In this document: positions 1-10,204 of the stretch, in pieces
Numbering within the stretch: position 1 is the stretch's first letter
How the letters are laid out: the number at the start of each line of letters is the position of its first letter
Assembly (NCBI GenBank): GCA_036960375.1
Contig: JBALVY010000011.1
Coordinates: 69,290-133,289 of the forward strand
Length of the DNA stretch: 64,000 nucleotides
Direction: 5' to 3'
Source: Pseudomonadales bacterium
GTDB taxonomy: Bacteria > Pseudomonadota > Gammaproteobacteria > Pseudomonadales > CAWVSB01
Notes under the pieces: model-generated
The model's input: the letters and a program-made list of their open reading frames with translations, nothing else
Databases searched by the model: none
What the model was told of the DNA's origin: nothing
Position numbers and translations under genes: made by a program

Positions 1-45
1 CCCAGCGCCGGTCAGTACTACGATAGACGGAAGATCTTTTGCCAT
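1..45 (-). CDS. cobB: NAD-dependent protein deacylase (sirtuin), 5' end only, runs off the window
   Basis: Not in ORF track. Minus strand from ATG at 45 reads MAKDLPSIVVLTGAG, the sirtuin N-terminal VVLTGAG motif; AGGA Shine-Dalgarno upstream. Only 15 codons are visible. Confidence 0.75.
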   Translation of the reverse strand, partial: MAKDLPSIVVLTGAG

Positions 46-167
46 AAGCTGTCCTACAAAAAGGTAATGACCTTACTATACGTTGACGGTTAACATGCTA
101 CCAGCAAACAGAAGCGCATTAATATGGCTTGGCTTGTTAAGACCTTCATGCCCATCGGGAATATTTT

Positions 168-662
168 ATGTCAACTGGAATCTTATTTGTATGCCTGGGT
201 AATATTTGTCGATCACCCATGGCACAAGGTGTGCTTGAAACACTTATCGCGGAGCGAAAATTATCAGACAAATTACATGCTGATTCCTGTGGTACTGCTG
301 CGTTTAACGTGGGCAAGTCTCCCGACCCCAGAGCAATTGCCAGCGCGAATAAAGCTGGCTACGATATTGGCTCGCAAATCGCCAGACAAATAGAAGATGA
401 TGACTATCACCAACATCAGTACATTATTGTTATGGATAGACAAAACCTTATTAACGTCGAGTCCTGGGCGCCGGCAGCCCACCGCGCCAATATTTCATTA
501 ATGATGGATCATCACCCATCTGCTCGGGGTAATAGCCAGGTCCCGGACCCTTACTATGGAGAAGATCAGGCGTTTGATCAGATCATCAACACCATTGAAA
601 TCGCCTGCAAAGGTTTATTAAATACCATCTGTGAACAACAGCAACTTCGGAACAGTATATGA
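168..662 (+). CDS. ptpA: Low-molecular-weight protein-tyrosine phosphatase
   Basis: P-loop CLGNICRS and general-acid loop DPYYG. Confidence 0.93.
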   Translation: MSTGILFVCLGNICRSPMAQGVLETLIAERKLSDKLHADSCGTAAFNVGKSPDPRAIASANKAGYDIGSQIARQIEDDDYHQHQYIIVMDRQNLINVESWAPAAHRANISLMMDHHPSARGNSQVPDPYYGEDQAFDQIINTIEIACKGLLNTICEQQQLRNSI

Positions 663-1528
663 AATTTGTTATCTCCATGGCCTATAGTTCGATAGCCGAC
701 ATTCTTGAGCTTGCCAGAACGGCAGATGAGACCGGCTGGGATGCAATTACGTTTTCGGACCATATTGTTCATCCGCAGACAATTAATACGCCCTACCCTT
801 ACACCGAAAACGGAGAACGACGCTGGGATGCTTTTACCGAGTGGCCCGACCCATGGGTAATCATCGGTGCCTGTGCAGCCGTCACAAAAAACCTTCGTTT
901 TACCAACAATGTATTTGTACTTCCCATTCGCAACCCATTTATTGCGGCCAAGGCAATAAGTACTGCAGCAATTGTTTCCAATAACCGAGTAACGCTAACC
1001 GTTGGCGTAGGCTGGAGTAAAGACGAGTATCAGCTAATGCAGCAGGATTTCCACACTCGTGGTAAACGCTGTGACGAAATGATCGAAATACTGAAGAAAC
1101 TCTGGACCGGAGATATGGTTGAGCACCACGGTGAGTTTTATGATTTTGACAAGCTCGAAATGAACCCTGCACCTAGCCAGGACATACCAATATGGGTAGG
1201 TGGTATCTCGACGGCGGCACATAAACGTGCGGCACGACTCGGTGATGGCTGGCTGAGTGACTTACAGCCCAGCGACGAAATAATCCAAACTGTGGCGCAG
1301 ATCCAGGCCTATAGAAATACCTACGATAGAAGCCATTTACCTTTTGAGGTCATGGCATCACCTTCCGATGCCTGGGATATTAGTGGCTACAAAAAACTCG
1401 AAGACGGTGGAATCACACATTTGATGACGATGCCCTGGATGTTTTACCACGGTGAAAATGCCAGTTTGGAGCAAAAAAAGGACGGTATTAAGCGCTTCGC
1501 CGACGAAATTATCAGTAAAATGTCCTAA
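659..1528 (+). CDS. Luciferase-like (LLM) oxidoreductase, probable F420-dependent Rv2161c-like family
   Basis: SDH, DPW, SNNRVTLTVGVGWSKDEY and PIWVGG...AARLGDGW motifs; ATGA overlap with ptpA. Confidence 0.85.
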   Translation: MKFVISMAYSSIADILELARTADETGWDAITFSDHIVHPQTINTPYPYTENGERRWDAFTEWPDPWVIIGACAAVTKNLRFTNNVFVLPIRNPFIAAKAISTAAIVSNNRVTLTVGVGWSKDEYQLMQQDFHTRGKRCDEMIEILKKLWTGDMVEHHGEFYDFDKLEMNPAPSQDIPIWVGGISTAAHKRAARLGDGWLSDLQPSDEIIQTVAQIQAYRNTYDRSHLPFEVMASPSDAWDISGYKKLEDGGITHLMTMPWMFYHGENASLEQKKDGIKRFADEIISKMS

Positions 1529-2217
1529 TGCGTCTGGATAAGCGAATAGCCAATTCTACCGACTACTCCCGCAGCGAGGTCAAAAAAGCCCTGCGCTCGT
1601 GTGATGTGTATGTCAATGGCGTATGCGCCAACAGTCCGGCACAACAGGTAAGTACGGATGATGACATCAAGATTTTTGGCAATCTATTGCGCGCCCAGGG
1701 GTATCGCTACTTTATGTTAAACAAACCCCTTAATTGTGTATCGGCCAATAAGGATCACCGTCACCCTACGGTGCTCGACTGTATCGATGAAGACAACCAT
1801 CAGAATTTACATATTGCCGGACGGCTTGATATAGATACAACGGGTCTGGTACTTATTACAGATGATGGACAATGGACTCACCGAACCATCAGCCCAATCC
1901 GGGATTGCCAAAAGTGCTACAGGGTCGGGGTCAACGAGCCCGTCAGTGAAGAGGACATCAAAGTTTTCGCCGAAGGCATTTTTCTTTCTGGTGAAAAAAA
2001 GTGCTGCCGCCCTGCTGACTTAAAGGTGATAAGCGACAACGAAGTGTTACTCACCATTAGCGAAGGAAAATTTCACCAGGTCAAACGTATGTTCAAACAG
2101 AGAAACAATCGAGTCATTTCGCTACACCGCGAGTCAATTGGCAATATCGCATTGGACCCCGCTCTGGAACCAGGGCAATACCGTGCGTTAACCCAGACTG
2201 AAATAGAGTCCATTTAA
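1528..2217 (+). CDS. rsuA: 16S rRNA pseudouridine(516) synthase
   Basis: S4-like N-terminus, NKP motif, catalytic GRLDIDTTGL, EGKFHQVKRMF. Confidence 0.92.
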   Translation: MRLDKRIANSTDYSRSEVKKALRSCDVYVNGVCANSPAQQVSTDDDIKIFGNLLRAQGYRYFMLNKPLNCVSANKDHRHPTVLDCIDEDNHQNLHIAGRLDIDTTGLVLITDDGQWTHRTISPIRDCQKCYRVGVNEPVSEEDIKVFAEGIFLSGEKKCCRPADLKVISDNEVLLTISEGKFHQVKRMFKQRNNRVISLHRESIGNIALDPALEPGQYRALTQTEIESI

Positions 2218-2218
2218 T

Positions 2219-3253
2219 ATGCAAGACAATGCCATTAGCAGTTTAGAACAGACCTTGATACGGGGCAGCGGCAGAGCGCTTTGGTTGATTGATGAGCAAA
2301 CTGATGTCACACAATTCTCATCAATGGCAAATAATAGTGAATTGCAATGTCTGACCAACCGCATCGATCAGCTATCCATATTAGAAACATTCAATATAGA
2401 CTCGCGCATCAACGACTTCGATATTTCAGGCATTGCGGCACCCCAGCGGATATTTCACCGTATATCCAAGCAAAAAGCACTGGTTCACCACATCATTAAT
2501 CAGGCGGCCGATCTGCTACCAGCCAACGGTGAATTATGGTTAAGCGGTTTTAAATCTGAAGGTATTAAAACCTATTTGAAAAAAGCACAAGACAGACTCG
2601 GCGGCTCGTTGGATATTAAGCGAGGAAAAAATTCTCTATATACCGGCAGTATCAGCATGGGAAGGAAGGGCAACGTCCTTAAAGATGACGACTACGCCGT
2701 AATTCGCCCAGCGGTACATGAAGACGATAAAGATTATTATAGTAAACCCGGTGTTTATGGCTGGCAGAAGATCGATAGCGGAAGCCGAATACTGAAACAA
2801 CAGCTTATCGAAGCGATTGCGCCGACGGAGAAAAGCCTGGAGATACTCGATCTGGGGTGTGGCTATGGCTATCTTTCTGTTGCGGCCAGTGCACTGGGAA
2901 AAACCTCTATTACCGCTACCGACAATAACCTTGCGGCAATTTCATCGTGCCGCAAAAACTTCGAAATTCACAATATTACAGGGCAGTGTGTTCTGGCCGA
3001 TTGTGGCGAGGGGATTGACCAGCTATTTGACCTGGTGATATGCAACCCCCCGTTTCATCAAGGTTTCTCTGTCGATGGTGACCTAACGGAAAGGTTTCTC
3101 ACATCAGCACGCAATCATCTCAAAAAAGACGGCATGGCGCTGTTTGTTGTTAATGAATTTATAGCCTTGCCCAAAAAGGCCAGCGCGCTGTCTTTTAAGG
3201 TCAGCGAACTCAGCCATCAATCCGGTTTCAGAGTCTATAAGTTAAACTTATGA
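2219..3253 (+). CDS. Class I SAM-dependent methyltransferase, RsmC/RlmG-like (MTS family)
   Basis: LDLGCGYG motif I, NPPFH motif IV, PGVYGWQKIDSGS resembling the RsmC PGVFS..LD.GS segment. Confidence 0.85.
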   Translation: MQDNAISSLEQTLIRGSGRALWLIDEQTDVTQFSSMANNSELQCLTNRIDQLSILETFNIDSRINDFDISGIAAPQRIFHRISKQKALVHHIINQAADLLPANGELWLSGFKSEGIKTYLKKAQDRLGGSLDIKRGKNSLYTGSISMGRKGNVLKDDDYAVIRPAVHEDDKDYYSKPGVYGWQKIDSGSRILKQQLIEAIAPTEKSLEILDLGCGYGYLSVAASALGKTSITATDNNLAAISSCRKNFEIHNITGQCVLADCGEGIDQLFDLVICNPPFHQGFSVDGDLTERFLTSARNHLKKDGMALFVVNEFIALPKKASALSFKVSELSHQSGFRVYKLNL

Positions 3254-4311
3254 ATACAATTCCACTATCCCCAAAAGACATCACAGCCGAATGGCTTTCG
3301 ACCGTATTATCCAAATCCTATCCGGGCACCAAGGTAACCAGAGTGAACATTCTGGATGCCCACTACGGCACCACGGGTCGCGCAAAACTTGGTCTGGAAT
3401 ACGCTCAAGCTGGCAACCAACCTGATTTTATGTTCGCGAAATTTCCCCCGACTGACGAGCAGCAGAAAGCTTTTGTTATTGCTACCGGTATGGGCAGACG
3501 AGAGGCCATGTTTTATCGCGACCTGTCGACAAACTTTCCTGCCAGAGTGCCCGCTTGTTATTATTCAGACTGTAACGAATCGGGCGATCATTACTTGATG
3601 CTGCTGGAAGACCTGGAACACAGTGGCTGTAGTTTCCAAAACGCTACAAACCAATATTCCATTGACTACGTAAAACGCGTATTGGCCTGCTTCGCCAGTT
3701 TTCACGCTATGTACTGGCAGTCGCCTCAATTCTCGGCTCGGCTGGCCTGGGTAGAGCCACTTCAGTCTCATCCCATTGCGGTACCATTGGTTAGCCAGGC
3801 CTTGGCAACCTATCGCAATGAGATGCCCCCAGTTTTTGCCGAAATGGCAGAACTGTTTATTGAAAAAAGTGAAACCATTCATGAGTTATGGCGCAGTGGC
3901 ATAGAAACTCTGGTTCATGGTGATGTGCACGACGGCAATCTGTTTGCAGATGGTGATGCACCGGGCTTTCTGGATTGGGCACTGTGCGCCAGAGCTTCGG
4001 GAATGCGAGATGTGGCCTATTTTTTGGCCGCCACCTTAAACCGGGACGACCGGCAACAATCTCAACATGAGTTATTGCAGTATTACCGTGATCAACTAGA
4101 ACTCGGCGGCATCACTCCACCCTCGCAGGAAGAAATGTGGCAGCAGTACCAGTGGCATGCGGCCTATGTCTGGGTCGGAGCAACTACAACTCTTGCAATG
4201 GGAGAAGCCTGGCAGCCGATAAGCTATACCCGAAAGTCTCTTGAACGAATCAATCATGCCCTGCTAGATATCGATTCAGTCGCTTCAATCAGTAAGGCTA
4301 TCGCCCGCTAA
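3250..4311 (+). CDS. APH/choline kinase-like phosphotransferase
   Basis: Brenner motif LVHGDVHDGNL and FLDW metal-binding motif; LLLEDL hinge. Confidence 0.88.
   Translation: MNTIPLSPKDITAEWLSTVLSKSYPGTKVTRVNILDAHYGTTGRAKLGLEYAQAGNQPDFMFAKFPPTDEQQKAFVIATGMGRREAMFYRDLSTNFPARVPACYYSDCNESGDHYLMLLEDLEHSGCSFQNATNQYSIDYVKRVLACFASFHAMYWQSPQFSARLAWVEPLQSHPIAVPLVSQALATYRNEMPPVFAEMAELFIEKSETIHELWRSGIETLVHGDVHDGNLFADGDAPGFLDWALCARASGMRDVAYFLAATLNRDDRQQSQHELLQYYRDQLELGGITPPSQEEMWQQYQWHAAYVWVGATTTLAMGEAWQPISYTRKSLERINHALLDIDSVASISKAIAR
4192..4308 (+). repeat. Left copy of a diverged direct repeat (3' end of the phosphotransferase gene)
   Basis: Encodes LAMGEAWQPISYTRKSLERINHALLDIDSVASISKAIAR; aligns without gaps to 17860-17976. 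Confidence 0.93.
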
Positions 4312-4442
4312 GGCATACCAATCAAGAATACCCGGGTCTGCTCGAAGCTCCCTTCTAGCCATAGCCTAAAATTGAAAAGGAAAACCGTTAACGTCGGCAA
4401 TACCCACTTGTTGCAAAGGCAATGACACATCCCCGCTTATAG

Positions 4443-5399
4443 CTAAGCCGTGTTAGGCTGTACGGCGATTACGATTTTTCCCACGCAACGTTTGGTCGCA
4501 ATTTTTTGGTGCCCCTTTTGGACTTTGTTCAAAGGTAATACCTCATCAATGATACTGCGTAACTTACCTTGCTCGGCCCATTGCGCCAACATCTCCAGGT
4601 CAACTCCGCTGGATTTACACATCACGAAACGTGCTTGTTGTCGGCGCCAGCGGTTGGCGATAAACATCGAGAAAATCACATTCAGACTGGGAACGGCTGC
4701 GGCAAAGTGACCACGGCGGGATAACTGCTTGCGTGCCTTACCGTAGGCTAAGGAGCCGACCACATCATAAATTGCATCATAGACGGTATGCCCGTCCAAG
4801 GCAGGTGATTGATGGTAGTCAATGACCTTGTCTGCACCCAAACCAACGACTAGATCGGCATTGACGCCACTGCATACAGCGGTAACCGTGGCGCCCATCG
4901 CTTTGGCAATTTGTATGGCATAGGTGCCAACGCCGCCCGATGCGCCGACAATTAGCACGTGTTGACCTGCTTGCAGTTGGCAATCATCGCGTAAGCCCTG
5001 CAGCGCGGTGAGTCCGGCGAGGGGCATTGCCGCCGCTTCAATATAGCTAAGGGAAGACGGCTTTTTGGCCACGGCAGACGCGCCAATCGCCACAAATTCA
5101 GCCTGAGTGTGACCACAGAGCTGGTCCGAGCGAGCGTAGACGGCATCGCCTACCTTAAGATGGGTAACGGCCGCACCCACTTCATGCACTACCCCACTGG
5201 CATCAAAGCCCATGATCTTTGGAAAGGACTTGCCAAAGCGAAACGACATCGACCCGTCGCGTATTTTAGTATCAATGGGGTTTATCGAAGCGTAGTAGAC
5301 TTCAATCAGTACCTGATCTGCCTGCGGCGAAGGGCGTTCTAATTCTCTTAGTTGTAGAACATCCACCGAGCCATATTTGTCTATGACAACAGCTTGCAT
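4443..5399 (-). CDS. NADP-dependent oxidoreductase (MDR / quinone oxidoreductase family)
   Basis: INPID, GFDASG, AAAMPLAGLTALQ and GASGGVG motifs, GKIV C-terminus. Start moved to MQAVVI at 5399 (the ORF track extends to 5495). Confidence 0.9.
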   Translation of the reverse strand: MQAVVIDKYGSVDVLQLRELERPSPQADQVLIEVYYASINPIDTKIRDGSMSFRFGKSFPKIMGFDASGVVHEVGAAVTHLKVGDAVYARSDQLCGHTQAEFVAIGASAVAKKPSSLSYIEAAAMPLAGLTALQGLRDDCQLQAGQHVLIVGASGGVGTYAIQIAKAMGATVTAVCSGVNADLVVGLGADKVIDYHQSPALDGHTVYDAIYDVVGSLAYGKARKQLSRRGHFAAAVPSLNVIFSMFIANRWRRQQARFVMCKSSGVDLEMLAQWAEQGKLRSIIDEVLPLNKVQKGHQKIATKRCVGKIVIAVQPNTA

Positions 5400-5555
5400 A
5401 GTCGTTCTTTCCTTCGTGATAGACTCGCCATGGTAGCGCATCAAGCCTGCAAACCAATAAAGCTTATCGATTTGATAATGGCCGTTTTTGGGCATGGCAA
5501 GGTGTTGGCTGTCGCGCTGGTATTTGCTGCTGGCAACTTGCCACTGGCCTAGCGA

Positions 5556-6452
5556 TTATAGAACCTGACTCACCTCATCAGCAATGAAATCAAATACTCG
5601 CCGAACCCTAAGGCTCGTTCGCAATTCTTGATGACACACCAACCAAACAGGTAGCCGCATTACCGGCCCCATATTGTCAAAAGCACGTATTAAACTTGAG
5701 TCTTTATCACCCATGCTTTCGGGAAAGAAAATCAGCCCCGCCCCTTCTTTGCACAGCCCCAGCTGTAAAATCTGGAATGAAGTAACAAGCTGAAAATTCT
5801 TGTTCGACAACTGCCAACCTTGTTGATTGAGTAGATCATATACCGCATTACTCCGCTCGAAACCTATTATTTGGAGATTGGTGTGTTCAGAAAAATCTGC
5901 AGAGGGAGGTAGCCCTGCCACATAATCCTGAGTGCCATAGAGCCAAATGGCTTCTTCACCAAGTTTTTTGGCGATCAAATCATTCTGCTGCGGATGAAAG
6001 TTTCGAATCGCGATATCCGCTTCCCGCCGTTTTAAGTCACTCGGCGCGTTAGTCACAACCACTTCAATATCGATACCCGGTTCTTCGCGACGTAATTTGG
6101 CAATAATTTTAGGTAGACGAAAAGCCGCATCTAGCTCTCCAGCAGAAACGACCACAGAACCTTCTATTCGTTGAGATTGACCAGAGGCTGATAGTGAAAA
6201 CAACAGCGCTGCATCACCCATTGAGCGAGCGTGCTCTAATAATCCCATACCGCTGCCAGTCAAGACCAACCGCTGCCCAACTCGCTCAAATAATGTGATA
6301 CCCAACTCTGCCTCGAGCGCGGCCACTTGACGGCTCAAAGTTGGCTGAGTCATACCCAAAGCTTTAGCTGCAGCAGATAAGGTGCCTTCTTCTGCAGTGA
6401 CTAAAAATGCGCGGGTGCGATTCCAGTCGAAATTTACGGATTCCCACTTCAT
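5556..6452 (-). CDS. LysR-family transcriptional regulator
   Basis: HTH GTLSAAAKALGMTQPTLSRQVAALE, DLKRREADIAIR, LRVRRVFDF; divergent from the reductase at 6553. Confidence 0.93.
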   Translation of the reverse strand: MKWESVNFDWNRTRAFLVTAEEGTLSAAAKALGMTQPTLSRQVAALEAELGITLFERVGQRLVLTGSGMGLLEHARSMGDAALLFSLSASGQSQRIEGSVVVSAGELDAAFRLPKIIAKLRREEPGIDIEVVVTNAPSDLKRREADIAIRNFHPQQNDLIAKKLGEEAIWLYGTQDYVAGLPPSADFSEHTNLQIIGFERSNAVYDLLNQQGWQLSNKNFQLVTSFQILQLGLCKEGAGLIFFPESMGDKDSSLIRAFDNMGPVMRLPVWLVCHQELRTSLRVRRVFDFIADEVSQVL

Positions 6453-6552
6453 ACAAAAACACATACCTTTTATACATTTATAGCCAATGTACCCTCTACT
6501 AGCGTATATGTATAGTGGCGGCCAATCAATTGAAATGTGGAGATAAAGGCTT

Positions 6553-7278
6553 ATGACAATTCTTGTTGTTGGAGCAAGTGGGGCTACGGGCCGATTACTC
6601 GTGGAGCAATTACTCGCCCAAGGGCAAAAAGTTAGAATTATCGTGCGTTCAGCCGAGAGTTTACCGAATAGACTAAAACAAAATGATCAGCTCACCATCA
6701 CTGAAGCAAGTCTACTGGATTTGACTCAGACACAGCTTGAAGAGCTGGTTCAGGGGTGTAGCGCGGTGGCTTCATGCCTTGGCCACAACTTAACATTTAA
6801 AGGAATGTTTGGTCAGCCTAGACGTTTGGTGAGCGATGCCATTAAACGTTTATGCGATGCCATTGAGGAAACTGAGCCAACAATGCCGGTAAAATGTATT
6901 TTAATGAACACTACCGGCAACCAAAATAAGCAAGCGGGTGAAAGCGTATCAACAACACAATCTCTGGTTGTGGCATTGATAAGGCACCTGTTGCCACCCC
7001 ATGCAGACAACGAAATGGCAGCGGCCTACCTGCAGTCGCGTTATCCAACAGAAAGCCAGACAGTAGAATGGACTACTGTGCGCCCCGATAGTCTTATAGA
7101 TGAAGAATCCGTGAATGAATATAATATCTATCCATCTCCCATTCGCAGTGCTATTTTTGATGCAGGCAAAACGAGTAGGATAAACGTAGCCAACTTTATG
7201 GCAGAGTTGATTCTTAACAGCGCCACATGGGATAAATGGAAGGGACAAATGCCCGTGATTTACAACACTTCGTATTAA
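6553..7278 (+). CDS. NAD(P)H-binding atypical SDR (BVR-B/flavin reductase-like)
   Basis: N-terminal GASGATG Rossmann motif, WTTVRPDSL, SRINVANFM. Confidence 0.87.
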   Translation: MTILVVGASGATGRLLVEQLLAQGQKVRIIVRSAESLPNRLKQNDQLTITEASLLDLTQTQLEELVQGCSAVASCLGHNLTFKGMFGQPRRLVSDAIKRLCDAIEETEPTMPVKCILMNTTGNQNKQAGESVSTTQSLVVALIRHLLPPHADNEMAAAYLQSRYPTESQTVEWTTVRPDSLIDEESVNEYNIYPSPIRSAIFDAGKTSRINVANFMAELILNSATWDKWKGQMPVIYNTSY

Positions 7279-7469
7279 CATAAGGGGCAGTTTCAACATA
7301 TTCGAATGCCACACCTTTGTGGAGCAAGCTCATCCACGTTCGTTGTGCGAAAGGGCAATACCAAGCGCTGTATAATTTCATTGTCATTCCTATATATTAC
7401 GCAGACAAAATAAGTTGCGAGCCGGCCATTGTAAGGCTGAGGCCTTCTACTGAATGTCCCGACACCACA

Positions 7470-7748
7470 TTATGCTACCAGATGAAACTGACTATCCATG
7501 CCCTGATCACGGATAGGGATAATCGCCTGATAGGCGTCGGACTGATACCAATTCACCGCGCTTTCCCGATCGGGAAACTGGATCACCACCTTAGTGCTAA
7601 ATCTAGCATCACCGTGCAGAGCTTTTATAGGCCCCTTGGCCAGAAACTCCCCGCCGTAAGGCTTTAATGTGTCGGCAGCCAGAGCACTGTAGGCGCCGAG
7701 TTTTTGTGTATCGGTGGGTGTTAAATCGACAATAATTAACGTAGACAT
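7470..7748 (-). CDS. DUF1330 family protein
   Basis: YGGEFLAKG, VVIQFPDRESAVNWYQSDAYQAIIPIR pattern; 92 aa. Confidence 0.88.
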   Translation of the reverse strand: MSTLIIVDLTPTDTQKLGAYSALAADTLKPYGGEFLAKGPIKALHGDARFSTKVVIQFPDRESAVNWYQSDAYQAIIPIRDQGMDSQFHLVA

Positions 7749-7885
7749 ATCTTTTTCCTCGTTTAATAGAATTGAAAATGGGTATCGATAAAAGACTATT
7801 GTTGGTTAGCCGTGAATAAGACTCGGATTGATAGGAACCATCATTAGTCACAACAAATAAGCCCGCCGCTGAGATCATTTTTCCT

Positions 7886-9988
7886 TCATAACTTTAACGT
7901 AATTTTTACCACATCCTGTCCTGTCACCGCAGCAGGCACAGCACAACATAATAGAACTTCATCGGCATTGAGTGGCACCGAAGGCTCAGTCAGATAGCTC
8001 ACAACGCCAGAATTTAAGCCCACTTTACAGGCTCCACATTGACCGCTGCGGCAACCGAACTCAGGGCTAAGACCGTGTGCCTCGGCGAAGTCTAGCAAAC
8101 TGCCATCACTCTTAGACCAGGCTTGCTCTACCTGAGAATCAGAAAACTCTACGACCGCCTGACTGGCGACTGTCAAGGGCTGAAATTTGTTGCTGGCCTG
8201 ATCGCAGGCTCGCCGCAACGATGCTGGGCCAAATTCTTCGGCTAAAATCCGCACATCATTGACACCTAACTCCCTTAACATGTCATACATGGATTGCATA
8301 AAAGACGCTGGCCCACACAGATAAAAATCGTAATCGTCCAACGGCAGTATCGCTTGCAACAACCCCGCTGAAATTCGCCCGTGAGCGTGATAGTCCTGCC
8401 CAGCTACCATGCTGTCGTCGATCTGGCTCAATGCCCAGAAACTGCGAATATTACCTTCCGACTGCTGCTCAATATCTTTAAGCTCTTGGAAAAAAGCGCG
8501 CTGCTGGCCATTACTGGCAGCGCAAATCAAGGTTGTTGGTCGAATACTTCGCGTACGCATACCTTCAATTAAGGCATGTCGCGCCATCGAGACCATCGGG
8601 GTTATGCCTACACCACCGGCCAACAATACTGCCGGACGCTGCACTGAAGCATCAAAGCTAAACGCGCCGGAAGGTGCTTTGGCGTAGATAATATCACCCA
8701 CGCTTAGCTGACCATGGAGGTAATTGGAGAACAAGCCATCGGGCATATGGTTAGCTAAGGACTGTTCACGCTTAACACTGATGCGAAGTTGTTGATCGGC
8801 AGGCGCACTTGAAACAGTGTATGTTCTGATCGTATCCTTAGCGTCAACGGCGAGCTTAACAGTCAGAAACTGGCCCGGTTTAAAACTCGGTACAACGTGG
8901 CCTTCCGCTTGTAGATAAAAGGACTTTATCACGCTACTTTCATTGACAATTTTTTCCACCACATAGGGTAACCACTGCTGCCGCTGAGATTCGGCCTGTT
9001 GTTTTTGCTGCGCTTCACCCCAGGTACCGGTGAGTAAAGTATTAGGCGAATATTCATCCATTGCCCAACGCAGCGGCAAACCATTTTCTATCCATCGACC
9101 GTGATCGATATGAAATTTCCACAGCCGTTCGGCACCATCGAAGAATTGTGCATCCGGGCTGTTCCACAATATTTCTACGGTACCGGTCAAGGTTAATAGA
9201 TGACCGTTTTCAAAATCCAAAAACAATAATCCCGCTTTGGCGTTCTCAACAAAATTGCCCAGGGTATTAAAGTGATTATTGCCCAGATAATCCGGAATGG
9301 TGAGCGTGGTAACGTTGTCGACACGGATAAATCCAGGTCTGCCACCACGGTGAGAAACATCGGCGCCTTCGCTCGCCTCACCACTGCCATTGCTAACAGA
9401 ACTGGCAACAAAAAAGGTATCGCTGTATTGAATTAGCCTGCGGGCTTTTTCGTCTAGTTCAGTCATCTCTTCAATAGACCTTGCCGGCAGGGTCTCGCTG
9501 TCTACCCGCTCAAGCTGCCGCGTTTGAATATATTGAGGGCAGTTGCCGAACGACTGGTCAACCGCGAGTCGAATGTGGTCGCTGGAGGATTCAACAATAT
9601 GGGCGGCCAATCGATTGCGTCGACGGCTGGGAAGATCGATGCCCAGTAAACCAAGCCGAGTCCCTGCTTGCAGGCCGTCGGCTAACGGATCACCGGCCAC
9701 TGGCGCACAATGGATGTCCAGGGTTTTATCATCCTTTGAGCTAATAAAACCGGGGTCATTAAACAGAATCGATGCCCAGGGCCAGCCTGTGTTATCGGCG
9801 TGCCCAACAAAAACAAAGGGTAATTGGTGATAAAAATCCCTGTGTTGAGCCGGCATGTGATCGCGTATTACGCGACTACCGAAACGCTCCATTTGTTCGC
9901 GAACACCCAGCTGTTGCTGCACTTGTTGCTCACCACGGTGAAACGGTGAAATAGCCGCTTTGGCTAATAGGTTGGCATTGTTTGTCAT
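7886..9988 (-). CDS. Fusion of pyridoxamine-5'-phosphate-oxidase-like split barrels, FAD/NAD FNR domain and C-terminal 2Fe-2S ferredoxin
   Basis: DQSFGNCPQYIQ, DVSHRGGRPGF, PDYLGNNHFNTLGN; RTYTVSS, GGVGITP, YLCGP; CRSGQCGAC...LCC. Start taken at MTNNAN. Confidence 0.9.
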   Translation of the reverse strand: MTNNANLLAKAAISPFHRGEQQVQQQLGVREQMERFGSRVIRDHMPAQHRDFYHQLPFVFVGHADNTGWPWASILFNDPGFISSKDDKTLDIHCAPVAGDPLADGLQAGTRLGLLGIDLPSRRRNRLAAHIVESSSDHIRLAVDQSFGNCPQYIQTRQLERVDSETLPARSIEEMTELDEKARRLIQYSDTFFVASSVSNGSGEASEGADVSHRGGRPGFIRVDNVTTLTIPDYLGNNHFNTLGNFVENAKAGLLFLDFENGHLLTLTGTVEILWNSPDAQFFDGAERLWKFHIDHGRWIENGLPLRWAMDEYSPNTLLTGTWGEAQQKQQAESQRQQWLPYVVEKIVNESSVIKSFYLQAEGHVVPSFKPGQFLTVKLAVDAKDTIRTYTVSSAPADQQLRISVKREQSLANHMPDGLFSNYLHGQLSVGDIIYAKAPSGAFSFDASVQRPAVLLAGGVGITPMVSMARHALIEGMRTRSIRPTTLICAASNGQQRAFFQELKDIEQQSEGNIRSFWALSQIDDSMVAGQDYHAHGRISAGLLQAILPLDDYDFYLCGPASFMQSMYDMLRELGVNDVRILAEEFGPASLRRACDQASNKFQPLTVASQAVVEFSDSQVEQAWSKSDGSLLDFAEAHGLSPEFGCRSGQCGACKVGLNSGVVSYLTEPSVPLNADEVLLCCAVPAAVTGQDVVKITLKL

Positions 9989-10204
9989 TGTTATCGCTCT
10001 GGTTCGTCTGTTGACCAATAGACCCTGTAACGAGCTTCGGTTTACTCAATATCAATCAGTTCAATAGGTTTATCACCAACCAAATTGGCCGGCCTAACAC
10101 GTTGCTAAAGGCTGACATCTCTAGGGGTTCAACACCATTGGCTAGTAACATCATAAATCAGCCAGATCATGTTCTAACGATCTGACTGAGTCATTAACCG
10201 CAGT

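Noticed and set aside
10030-10200. Interrupted minus-strand frames (LLANGVEP / RDVSL*QRVRPANLVGDKPIELIDIE*) that look protein-like
   Set aside because: No family recognised; a relic cannot be supported without a database search.
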